Virus record (IMG/VR): IMGVR_UViG_3300030331_002523
Location: 1-64,000 of that record
Origin: a virus
Length of the DNA stretch: 64,000 nt
Direction: 5' to 3' (one strand)
In this document: in pieces, positions 1-10,013 of the stretch
Layout: the number at the start of each line of letters is the position of its first letter
Position numbering within the stretch: the stretch's first letter is position 1
The notes under the pieces: model-generated
Told to the model about the DNA's origin: nothing
The model's input: the letters and a program-made list of their open reading frames with translations, nothing else
Databases searched by the model: none
Position numbers and translations under genes: made by a program

Positions 1-348
1 GGCTTTTTATTAACAAACTTTACATCAGGTAAAGTATTTTTATCATATAGTGCTACTATGGAAAATCAAGGAGGAGAGTTAATTGTACTAGATCATCCAT
101 ATTGTAATGAATATTATGAGTATGCTATTAAAGAAAGAATATTAGAAAATATGATTTTTGCTGGTGAGCAAGTAGTAAATCAATTGCAATTTATACAACA
201 GAAACTTAGAGCAGCTAGAAATAATGCATTAGGTTTTGTTAATACACCAAACTTTGAAGAACAAAGAAAAATTTGGGAAGTTAATAGAAAAGCACAGTAT
301 AGCAAATACTATGATATGTTTTCAAGTTTTGCTACTAATAGAAGATAA
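1..348 (+). CDS. Tail tubular/ring protein, C-terminal part (5' truncated by window)
   Basis: Frame is open from base 1 (GFLLTNFTSGKVFLSY...); motif DHP..NEYYEYAIK and position directly before the stabilization protein match crAss-like tail ring proteins. Confidence 0.6.
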   Translation, partial: GFLLTNFTSGKVFLSYSATMENQGGELIVLDHPYCNEYYEYAIKERILENMIFAGEQVVNQLQFIQQKLRAARNNALGFVNTPNFEEQRKIWEVNRKAQYSKYYDMFSSFATNRR

Positions 349-350
349 AG

Positions 351-3300
351 ATGGCTAAAAAACGTCAACAAAATAGTAAGAGAACACCAAGCACTTCTAG
401 TGTAAATACATCTACTCCTATTAAGGGTATGATAAAAGATGTAGACAGTGCATACTTTAGTAAAGAAAACTGGTGGCATGCACGTAATCTTGCTAATAAT
501 TCTATAGATGGTGATACAGGAGTTGTAGGTAATGAACCTGCTAACTTGGCTTGTGGTGAGGTTCCATATACAATAATAGGAACAATTCATTTGTATGGTG
601 ATAAGTGGGTTTTATATGCAACAGATGATAATAATAGTGAGATAGGATTATTTGATGACAGCAAGTGTGAATACACAACTCTTGTTAATGCTCCTTGTTT
701 AAATTTTAATAGAAGAAATTTAATAATAGGTGCAGCAAAAGAAAACTTTGATTGTACATGGCAAGTATATTGGGATGATAATTTGAATCCATCTAGAACT
801 TTAAATATTGATAATGTTCCTTATATACAACAGATAGTTTCCGGTCCTGGTGATCCTTGTATTATATATGAAGATACAGAGCAACTTGATTGTGAAAAGT
901 TAAGATTACATCCTTTAATGGATATGGCATGTTTAAGATTAGAAAAGGCTGATGAAGGTGGTGCTTTATTAAATGGATCTTATCAAGCATTTATTGCATA
1001 TTGTGATAATGCACAACAAATAGGAGATTATTTTACAAACTCTAATATTACAAGTGTATGGTCACATGAAAATACTAATTCATCTATAGTACTACATTTA
1101 GATGGACTAGATACTGACTTTGAATTTTTTAAGTTAGTAATAAGAGAAAAAGTTGCAAACGCAACTAGAAATATTGAGTTTGGTGTTTATAGTACTGAAA
1201 CAAAACGTATTCCTATTGATTTTATAGATCCTGAATTACCTACAATAGATAATGTAAAGTTGTTACTAGATAATCCTGTATTTGAAAAATCAGCAGGTAT
1301 GTTTGTTGTAAATGACTATTTAATTAGATCTCAACCTACAGAATATTTTGATTTTAATTATCAACCATTAGCTAATCAAATAAAAACATTTTGGACATCT
1401 GTTGAATATCCAGAAGATTATTATAAAAATGGTGGTAATAATCCAACCTTTTTAAGGGATGAGCAATATGCTTTCTTTATAAGATTTATTTATAATACAG
1501 GTGAATTTTCTAAATCATATCATATACCAGGAAGAGCACCAAGACAGTTATCTAATGGTGGAACAGAAGATGGCCCAGCAGCAGCAAATACTATTGATGG
1601 TAGTGAAAAAAATTATAATGTATATAATACTTTTACATCTTTAGGATTAGGTGATCCATTTCTTGCAAACTTAATTGGTACAACAACGCCTGATGGTGGA
1701 TTAGTTACAAATGGTGGTGAGATGGGTTTTTGGCAATCAACAGAACTTTATCCACAAACACAACCGGAAAGGTATAATGCTTCAGCACATCCTTGGTCTA
1801 ATCCAGGTACAACAGAGTTTGATCTTTGTGGTTTACCAATAAGACATCATAAAATTCCTGATGAATCTGAAGCTGCTATTAGTCCATTAACTGGTAACAA
1901 CTCTACAGCATTATTTAATCCATCAAATTCTACTATAAATGTATTGGGTGTTGCTTTTGATAATATTGCACCTCCAGTAGATAATGATGGTAATATTATA
2001 GAAAATATAGTAGGTTATCAAATTATGGTTGGCTCAAGAGATGGTAAGAAATCTATTATAGCCAAGGGTATTATAAAGAATATGATGAGAGCCCGTAAGG
2101 ATAGAAATGATGAAGATTATAGACTCCTTGTACCTAACTATCCTTATAATGATTTAAGAATGGACCCTTATCTATTAGATAGAGGTCATGGTAATAGATC
2201 AGGAGAACCATGGTATGCACAATTAGCTGGATGGGATACTTCTGTAGAAGATAACTGGCAAGCAGGTAATACTAATATATCAGATGGTCCTCAAAGTATG
2301 GCTGTCTCATCTATAAATGTGGGTGTTAATAATCCAGGAATCTTTTTTTTACAAAACCCAGATTATGGTCCAGGTAAGTTTGATGAGAATACATATACTT
2401 TTCATTCACCAGATTTAAATTTTACTAAAACATATTTAAATCCTACAGAAGTAAAAGTATATAAAAATATTTATGGTAATGTTACGGGAAGATTTAAAAC
2501 AGTAGAAGGACATACACAACACAAGCTTTTAAAAAATAAAGTTGTATTACTTGCAGCAATATATGGTGTAGGTTATGCAATTATGAAAATGAGAGGAGAA
2601 CGTAACTATGCATTAAAAGGAACACGTTCACATTCAGTAGGGGAGTTTGGTACTTATGCTGTAGGATCAGGTACTCACGGTTCACCATTTCCTGGTGTTG
2701 GTACAGGTTATGGTGCTCTAAATGCTGGTGCACAAAATTTGACACAAGCCGGTGCCCTTACAACAGAATACTTTGCAGCAGGTGTAGTTGATGGAGTTTC
2801 TATTTTAGGTGGTGCTTCAGAGGCTAGTAAAGTACATCTTGGAACACAACAACAAGCACAATTAGGAGCAGCTTTACTATCAGGTGGACATCAAGGACCA
2901 GAGTTTAATATGGAGTTTAGAGATTCAGAATTTAATGCAGTTCCTGGTGTTGGTACTTTTATTACAGGTATACTAACATTTATAAACTTTGTTGCTATAG
3001 GTGGTGATAAATTAGTTCAACTAATATTAGATTTAGTATCTTTTCAAGATTATGCTTTAAAATATATTTCACATGGTTTTTATCAATTTGAAAATCCAGT
3101 TGATAAAAATGGTACTTTTAGAGCAGGTATAGATAGGGCTAGATATATAAAACAAGCATTGCAATCATTTGATGGTGATAATGTAGTACATAATTTATTA
3201 AGACCATCAACAGTTGTTTTAAGACATACTCCAGGAATTAGATTAAATCCTGTACCGGATAATTTTTTAGATAATACTAAATTTACATTAGGAGCAGGTC

Positions 3301-6300
3301 CTTGTGCAGGTTTAGGTAATAATGCTGCAAATTGGTGGCAACATGGTGAAGAGATTAGATCTAGATGTTCAACTAATTATGTATCAATAAAAAATCAAAT
3401 AGATAATCAATATGGACAGTTAGATAGTATTATTCAATTGCCTATATTTGGTTGTACTACTTTATATCCAAAGGATGAGGAATCTGGACAGTTGCTTCCT
3501 TTTGATCAAGATAGTAGATTTAGTACACAAGTTCTATTTGGTGGTGACTCATATATAGCAAGATATACAGAAAAAACAAATATGCCATTCTTTTATCAGT
3601 TTTTAAAAGATGATGAAGAACGTGGTTACCAATGGAATTATTCAAGATATGCAAATGTACCATTTCCAAGATATTGGTACAATTCTGAAAAATACCGTAT
3701 GGGTGAATTTGTTAGACCTATTACAGATTTAGATTTTAACTGGACTGGTGCATTACCTGATGGTATGTATAATTTAGATACAGCTGAAAATGGTGGTTAT
3801 TGTCCTGATGGAGGTCCTGAATCTGTAAGTTTTAATGCTAATTTTGATGAGTTAGGAGAAGGTAACCCGCTTGGTGATCCTGTAGGAAGTGGAGGTACAA
3901 GTGCAACTACAATATTTACTCCTGTACCGCTACCTGCAAGTGGTGCTATAGCTCCATCAGCAAATAATACTCCGGAATATGTTGTAGGTGCAGAAGCACA
4001 AAGATACTTGGTATATGATATACCTTCTGGAAATCTTGAAACTGGTCAATTTACATTAATTAAAAATGCAAACTTAGTTTCTATACAGTCTACCGGTTCA
4101 ACTATAACTTTAAGATATCCTAATGCAACTGCAGTTGATCAGGCTGTGAGAGATGAACTTATTGATTTGGGTATAACAAATGCAGAGGTAACTATAGATC
4201 TAACTTTAAATTTAAATATTCCAATACCATACACTACACCATTTGGATCTGGGTCTGGTAATTGTAATATAGATACTCATGTTAATACAATTTTTGGAGG
4301 TGGTGGTTGTACAGATACGTATGATGAGTTAACAACAAATACAGGGGGAACAGCACAGATGGAGGGTACTATAAGTGGTGTTAGAATTATTTTTGACTGG
4401 CAGAGTATGACTGTAGTTGGTATAACTAATGCTGCAGGATATACTATGGCTGGTGGAGGAGCAGGGACAGCTTATGCATCTAATCAATATAGTTCAGCAT
4501 CAGGAAATAATAATCCACAAACACTTTCTCCATATACAGGAACGCCTGTTCCTACTGATGACAATTATAGTCTTATAAATTTTTCAAGTAATTCTTATGA
4601 TGATGCATCTTCTGGTTGTGTATATCAATTAGCAGCTAATACTATAAGAGTTGTCAATGGATTTGCAAGATGTAGAAATAGTGGTTCTGATGCTGATGAA
4701 ATAACAATGACATTTAGTGGTGTTGATAATAATACTTCATTAGGTAGTGGTGCAACAACGGGACAAACAAATTATGATAATAGTATATATAATCCAACTA
4801 ATTATCAGGGTGCAGGAGGTAGAGCTACAGGTGGTATGTTTGTATGGAAATATGGATATATCTATACTCATAACTCTGGTATTAATGATTGGTATGTTGA
4901 AACAGATTTAAATCTAGCTTATAGGGATTATGAAGATGTAAAGAGAAAAAGGCATTATGATAATGATGATTATACAGATCTTGTAGAATTGTTTCACTCA
5001 CAAATAATTGGATTTGATAATTATTATAATTATGATAAGTCAGTGAGTGTAAGAAGATTTTGGAGTGTTTCTTTTTCTAAAATACAAGAAAGATGGTATG
5101 ATCCTACTGTAGCAGAACAATGTTTTACTCAATATCCTAAACGACTAATATATTCTGTACCTGCTACAGGATTTATGGATGCAGCTAGAATGACAAAGAA
5201 AAATGATAAAGCTATTGATTTCTGGAGAGTTTTCTTAGCAGAAAATTTTAGAGACTTTAAATCTCCTATTAATGCAATAGTTCCTTTTAATCAAACTGGT
5301 GCATTAATGTTATTTCCAACATTATCACCTAGAGTTTTTCAAGGTGTAGATAAATTACAATTAACAAGAAAAAAAGTTGTTATTGGAGATGGAGGTTTAT
5401 TTAGTCAAGTATTACAAAACGCAGCTAACTCTAATGTATCACATGAGTATGGATCATGTGAAAGTTTTAGGAGTGTATTAAATACACCACAAGGTGTTTA
5501 CTTTGTATCACAAGCTCAAGGTAAAATATTTTTATATCAAGCAGGTAGAGGTCTACAAGCAATATCAGATATAGGTATGAAATGGTGGTTTAATAAATTT
5601 TTACCATCAAGATTATTAGCAGATTTTCCAGGTGTAGAAGATTGTCCAGAATTTATAGATAATCCTGTAATTGCTGCAGGTATTAATACAGTTTATGATC
5701 CTAATGATGACATAGTGTATTTCTGTAAGAGAGATTATAAAGCACATGATCATGTTTTACCTTGTATAGATTTTATACCATGTGAAGGGTTTGTATATAA
5801 TGCTACAACATGTGATGGTGCAGAACCACAAGTACAGTGTCCAGATGGATATTCATTTGTACCAGGATCAGTAACATGTCCTCCTGGAGCTCAATTAGTA
5901 TACCAAGACCCAGATACTCCTGTATGTATAATTCCAGGGGCTGGAGGAAATCCAGTACCAGCAACTGTTGTAGAAGATCAATGTTGTCAAACAACAGTTG
6001 AGCCAGCTTTATTTACAACAGAACCTGTAGAGATTGACATTGTTTTTGCTATTGACTCATCAAATAGTATAGATCAAAATGGTAATACTGCTGGTATGAT
6101 TAATATTATAAGTGATCTTGTAGCTGCATTAGGAGCTGCACAAAATACTAATGGAGAGATAAGAATTGGATTTGTTCATTTTGGATCAGGTAGAGCAGAT
6201 ATAAATGGTAATTTAGCTGGTATTACTGCACCTGTGGGTAATGATACTATGTTTAATGAATTTGACCAACAAGCACTTTCTGATGACTTTTCAGCAAGTG

Positions 6301-9300
6301 GCCCTTTATTTACATACATAAATAATATATATAATCATGCAGTGACTACACCAGATAATCCTAGTGGTACAGATGTAATTGGAGGTATATGGGCTGGCTT
6401 AAATATTTTATTTGGATCAAGTGCAAGACCTAATGCAGAAAAAAGATTAATTACTTTAGCAGATGGTCCACAGTTTACAAAAAATAATGGAGCTGTTTAT
6501 ACAAGTCCAGTTGATGTTCATGATGCAGCAGGTGTAGTATTTCCAGCTACCCCTAATGTAAATATTGGACCTAATAATGAAGGTGTAAATAATATATATG
6601 ATACGCCATTATCAACAGCGGGTGCATGGTTTAATACAAATGTAAAAAATAATCCTAACTATACACATTTAAAATCTTACTTTATAGGATTAGATACAAA
6701 CCAACCTAATCCATCTCCTCCTCCTACAAGTATTATAACTACTCCTAATGCAAATCAACAAACATATTTTTCACAATTTGCAAATGATAATGGTACACCT
6801 ACAGCAAATGATACTTATACATTTTTTGGCACTGTGCAAGATCCTGACTCAGTTCAAGAAATAGTAGATGCAGTTGTGGACAGTGTTATACCTGATCCTA
6901 ATTACTATTGTCCTGATCAATCATGTGATCTAGTTGCTATGCCAATAGGAGCACCAGTTTGTAGATGTGTAAATTGTGTTGATCCAACATTAATTGATGT
7001 TACATTTCCTATAGATTTACAAGATGAACAATATTTTAAAGATGTATCATGGACTGTAAGTTATGATCCTAAATCTAAAGCATGGATATCTTTTCATGAT
7101 TGGCACCCAGAACTTACAATGAATAGTATAAATCATTTTTTAACTACTAAGTCTAAAGAAGGTGAGGTTCCTATTTGTCCTCCTGGTGCTACATGGAATG
7201 GTGTTGAGTGTTGTATATCAGCATTTCAACAAGCTCCAGCAGTGCCTATTATTAATGAAATATTAGCAGAAGTAAATACAGTACCTACTGGTCAAGTTGA
7301 ATCACAAAATTTAGATATTATATTTGCAGTAGATGTATCTGCTTCTACTGCTAGTGGTGGTGTACAAAGTCTACAAAGAAATTTTGTACAGAATATAATT
7401 AACAGTTATGATTTTTCTAGTGGTACTGTAAGAGCTGGAGTTGCTACTTGGAGTGCCACAGGTGGTAATAATGTACTGTTATCAGGTTTAACTACTGATC
7501 AAGCAGCTTTAATAACAGCTACTAACTCATATGCTGTTGGTGGTGGTACTAATTATAAAAATGCAATAGAGGCAGCAAATAGTGTTGTTAATAGTGTTGA
7601 TGCAGATACATTAGCGGATACAGTAGTTTGTATTATGATTACAGACTCTGACGTAGACAGAAATTCTACATTAAATACTTCACCTCTTATTAATTATAGC
7701 AATTTATTTACAGACATAAAAGTTGTAATGGTTCATCAAGGTGATGGTGCAGGTTTTGTAGGTTTTGGGTGTGATGATACTTCATGGCAAAGTAGAATTG
7801 CTGGTCTAGTAGATAGATTTGTTTTACCCGATGTACCAATTCCTATGACTCTAGTGGGTAATTCTTATAACGGTTTTAATGATGGTAGTACCCAGGTTAT
7901 ATGTAATGCTCCTGATGATAATGCTAATCTGTATGAGGTAACTTCTTGTACTGATTGCGATGTATGTAATACATGTTTTCAAAATGTAGCAGCACAATTA
8001 GTAAATGCACAATTAACTTGTGGATGTCCTCCTAATACAATACCTGATCAAAATCCAGCTAATCCACCATGTGAAAATATAAACAACCCTCCATTGTGTG
8101 TAGTAGATTGTACTTGTCCTCCTGGATATGTATTAGTTGGAACATGTAATAATTCTGCTGCCCCTCCTATTTGTAGATCTGTAGATTGTGAATGTCCTCC
8201 AAGTGAATCTCTTGGGTTACCTAGTGGGGTAACGCCAACTGCTACGGGTGATTGTTCACAAGAGTTAGTAGAAACTATAAATACAACAACTATAGAAAGT
8301 ACTGTAGCAGATGGAACAAATGTTGGACAACAATTATTTTTTACAAATCCTGGATTTAATGGACCAACTGGTTTAGAAATAACACCTAGTCCATGGAATA
8401 GAGGATATCAATGTAGAGATAGTGCTTGTGTTGGTGGTCTAATTGATCCAGATCAAGGTAACATAAAAACTATGACTGCAGATACTTTACCAGTTATAAC
8501 AAATTTACTTGGAGAGCTTGTTGATGGTACTCCTATTGTAGTTAGTTCAAGTGTTGGTGGGAATTTGCCTCCATATGAGGGAACTTCATATTTAGGATTA
8601 GTAGAGTTTAAAAAGGCAATTTGTTGGAGAGGTCTTGGAAATCTTAGTACTGTTTGTTGTGGACAACCATTTGGAGCAGAGCTATTTACTAATGGACCAC
8701 CTACATATTATCAAGAGGGAAGTTGGCAAGAACTTTTAGATGCAAATGGTCTACCAACTGAAATGGAAATGAATTTAGAATATGTAGGAACAGTGCAATT
8801 AAGTCAAATAAGTGATCATACGCTACAAGGTTTTCAGCTTGTAGAAAATAGTGAGGAGTATACCCCAGGCTATGATGAATTTTCAGATCCACCTAATATA
8901 TGTTTAGATCTTCCAGTTGAAAGCACTGCTTCACAAAATCTGGATTTTGCTCCAAGTCTTGAAATTTGGGGTGGTACACATTCCCCTTTATCACAGGGTG
9001 AGAACTACAAAGGACATCAATTTGGTTATCCATTAGGTACAGATACTGTAGGTTATAGTAAACTGTTATGGAGATCAGGTCCTGTTACTTCAGTAGATGA
9101 ATGGACGGAATATCAATATAGTTTGAATGTAAATGATTCTGATGGCTCTATAGAAGCAGCGCATGGAAAGTTTAAATATATATTTATTAAAATACAAATT
9201 GTACGTGTAAGTGATGGTCAACCAGCTGGAATTCCTGCTACAAGACAATATGCTGCAAAGTATTTAGCTGTAGATGGTTTAAGTAATCCTAGACCACCTA

Positions 9301-10013
9301 GTATAGAACCTGAAACAATTACTACAGTTTCTACAGAAAGTGTTATAACAAATGCTACAATATGCACATATCAAACAGAAATTTGTACTCCACCAAATTA
9401 TACAACAGGTGGTATATGGAGACATAACGTAAGAACTGATCTTTTTGCTAACTTCTATGATATTCAGTATCCTTGGGAGGTAGATATAATAGAAACAACA
9501 GGTCAGACTGTAAATACATTAAGAAGTGTAGAGTATCATTTAGAATCATATTTTTATAGTGAAGATCAATTAAACAGATTTCATGATCTAGATTATAATT
9601 TTGATGAAGCTATTATTTACAACTCAGAACAAATATCAGGATTATTAAATCTTGTTCTTACACCTAAGAATAACACACCTTTAACAATGTTATATCCTAT
9701 TTTTAATGCAAATAGTATTGATATTTTATTTAGTAAAGAAGAGCAGAAATATAGATTTAACCAGTTTTTTGATGTAACAAATGACAGAGGTGAGTTTTCA
9801 GGTGCTATAACACAAATGTTTGAGACAGAACAGAATGGTTATATTATAAATTTAAATCAAGCTAATTTAAATTATAATAAACCACAGCATGAGAGAAAGA
9901 AGTTTAGACATTACTTTAATCATCTTATACTTAGAAAATCTGCTGATGCAGCAATGACAAGAAAAATGTTATTGAGATTAGAAAACTTTAAATTAAACGT
10001 ATCCTTTAGATAA
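351..10013 (+). CDS. Tail stabilization/muzzle protein with inserted VWA, Cys-rich and jelly-roll domains (3220 aa)
   Basis: N-terminal GM.KD...NEPAN..C..IIG beta-propeller-like region, YWDD..NP.R, WTVSYDPK..AWISFHDW and C-terminal KKFRHY motifs of crAss stabilization proteins; MIDAS motifs DSSNS (6054-6068) and DVSAS (7332-7346). Confidence 0.75.
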   Translation: MAKKRQQNSKRTPSTSSVNTSTPIKGMIKDVDSAYFSKENWWHARNLANNSIDGDTGVVGNEPANLACGEVPYTIIGTIHLYGDKWVLYATDDNNSEIGLFDDSKCEYTTLVNAPCLNFNRRNLIIGAAKENFDCTWQVYWDDNLNPSRTLNIDNVPYIQQIVSGPGDPCIIYEDTEQLDCEKLRLHPLMDMACLRLEKADEGGALLNGSYQAFIAYCDNAQQIGDYFTNSNITSVWSHENTNSSIVLHLDGLDTDFEFFKLVIREKVANATRNIEFGVYSTETKRIPIDFIDPELPTIDNVKLLLDNPVFEKSAGMFVVNDYLIRSQPTEYFDFNYQPLANQIKTFWTSVEYPEDYYKNGGNNPTFLRDEQYAFFIRFIYNTGEFSKSYHIPGRAPRQLSNGGTEDGPAAANTIDGSEKNYNVYNTFTSLGLGDPFLANLIGTTTPDGGLVTNGGEMGFWQSTELYPQTQPERYNASAHPWSNPGTTEFDLCGLPIRHHKIPDESEAAISPLTGNNSTALFNPSNSTINVLGVAFDNIAPPVDNDGNIIENIVGYQIMVGSRDGKKSIIAKGIIKNMMRARKDRNDEDYRLLVPNYPYNDLRMDPYLLDRGHGNRSGEPWYAQLAGWDTSVEDNWQAGNTNISDGPQSMAVSSINVGVNNPGIFFLQNPDYGPGKFDENTYTFHSPDLNFTKTYLNPTEVKVYKNIYGNVTGRFKTVEGHTQHKLLKNKVVLLAAIYGVGYAIMKMRGERNYALKGTRSHSVGEFGTYAVGSGTHGSPFPGVGTGYGALNAGAQNLTQAGALTTEYFAAGVVDGVSILGGASEASKVHLGTQQQAQLGAALLSGGHQGPEFNMEFRDSEFNAVPGVGTFITGILTFINFVAIGGDKLVQLILDLVSFQDYALKYISHGFYQFENPVDKNGTFRAGIDRARYIKQALQSFDGDNVVHNLLRPSTVVLRHTPGIRLNPVPDNFLDNTKFTLGAGPCAGLGNNAANWWQHGEEIRSRCSTNYVSIKNQIDNQYGQLDSIIQLPIFGCTTLYPKDEESGQLLPFDQDSRFSTQVLFGGDSYIARYTEKTNMPFFYQFLKDDEERGYQWNYSRYANVPFPRYWYNSEKYRMGEFVRPITDLDFNWTGALPDGMYNLDTAENGGYCPDGGPESVSFNANFDELGEGNPLGDPVGSGGTSATTIFTPVPLPASGAIAPSANNTPEYVVGAEAQRYLVYDIPSGNLETGQFTLIKNANLVSIQSTGSTITLRYPNATAVDQAVRDELIDLGITNAEVTIDLTLNLNIPIPYTTPFGSGSGNCNIDTHVNTIFGGGGCTDTYDELTTNTGGTAQMEGTISGVRIIFDWQSMTVVGITNAAGYTMAGGGAGTAYASNQYSSASGNNNPQTLSPYTGTPVPTDDNYSLINFSSNSYDDASSGCVYQLAANTIRVVNGFARCRNSGSDADEITMTFSGVDNNTSLGSGATTGQTNYDNSIYNPTNYQGAGGRATGGMFVWKYGYIYTHNSGINDWYVETDLNLAYRDYEDVKRKRHYDNDDYTDLVELFHSQIIGFDNYYNYDKSVSVRRFWSVSFSKIQERWYDPTVAEQCFTQYPKRLIYSVPATGFMDAARMTKKNDKAIDFWRVFLAENFRDFKSPINAIVPFNQTGALMLFPTLSPRVFQGVDKLQLTRKKVVIGDGGLFSQVLQNAANSNVSHEYGSCESFRSVLNTPQGVYFVSQAQGKIFLYQAGRGLQAISDIGMKWWFNKFLPSRLLADFPGVEDCPEFIDNPVIAAGINTVYDPNDDIVYFCKRDYKAHDHVLPCIDFIPCEGFVYNATTCDGAEPQVQCPDGYSFVPGSVTCPPGAQLVYQDPDTPVCIIPGAGGNPVPATVVEDQCCQTTVEPALFTTEPVEIDIVFAIDSSNSIDQNGNTAGMINIISDLVAALGAAQNTNGEIRIGFVHFGSGRADINGNLAGITAPVGNDTMFNEFDQQALSDDFSASGPLFTYINNIYNHAVTTPDNPSGTDVIGGIWAGLNILFGSSARPNAEKRLITLADGPQFTKNNGAVYTSPVDVHDAAGVVFPATPNVNIGPNNEGVNNIYDTPLSTAGAWFNTNVKNNPNYTHLKSYFIGLDTNQPNPSPPPTSIITTPNANQQTYFSQFANDNGTPTANDTYTFFGTVQDPDSVQEIVDAVVDSVIPDPNYYCPDQSCDLVAMPIGAPVCRCVNCVDPTLIDVTFPIDLQDEQYFKDVSWTVSYDPKSKAWISFHDWHPELTMNSINHFLTTKSKEGEVPICPPGATWNGVECCISAFQQAPAVPIINEILAEVNTVPTGQVESQNLDIIFAVDVSASTASGGVQSLQRNFVQNIINSYDFSSGTVRAGVATWSATGGNNVLLSGLTTDQAALITATNSYAVGGGTNYKNAIEAANSVVNSVDADTLADTVVCIMITDSDVDRNSTLNTSPLINYSNLFTDIKVVMVHQGDGAGFVGFGCDDTSWQSRIAGLVDRFVLPDVPIPMTLVGNSYNGFNDGSTQVICNAPDDNANLYEVTSCTDCDVCNTCFQNVAAQLVNAQLTCGCPPNTIPDQNPANPPCENINNPPLCVVDCTCPPGYVLVGTCNNSAAPPICRSVDCECPPSESLGLPSGVTPTATGDCSQELVETINTTTIESTVADGTNVGQQLFFTNPGFNGPTGLEITPSPWNRGYQCRDSACVGGLIDPDQGNIKTMTADTLPVITNLLGELVDGTPIVVSSSVGGNLPPYEGTSYLGLVEFKKAICWRGLGNLSTVCCGQPFGAELFTNGPPTYYQEGSWQELLDANGLPTEMEMNLEYVGTVQLSQISDHTLQGFQLVENSEEYTPGYDEFSDPPNICLDLPVESTASQNLDFAPSLEIWGGTHSPLSQGENYKGHQFGYPLGTDTVGYSKLLWRSGPVTSVDEWTEYQYSLNVNDSDGSIEAAHGKFKYIFIKIQIVRVSDGQPAGIPATRQYAAKYLAVDGLSNPRPPSIEPETITTVSTESVITNATICTYQTEICTPPNYTTGGIWRHNVRTDLFANFYDIQYPWEVDIIETTGQTVNTLRSVEYHLESYFYSEDQLNRFHDLDYNFDEAIIYNSEQISGLLNLVLTPKNNTPLTMLYPIFNANSIDILFSKEEQKYRFNQFFDVTNDRGEFSGAITQMFETEQNGYIINLNQANLNYNKPQHERKKFRHYFNHLILRKSADAAMTRKMLLRLENFKLNVSFR

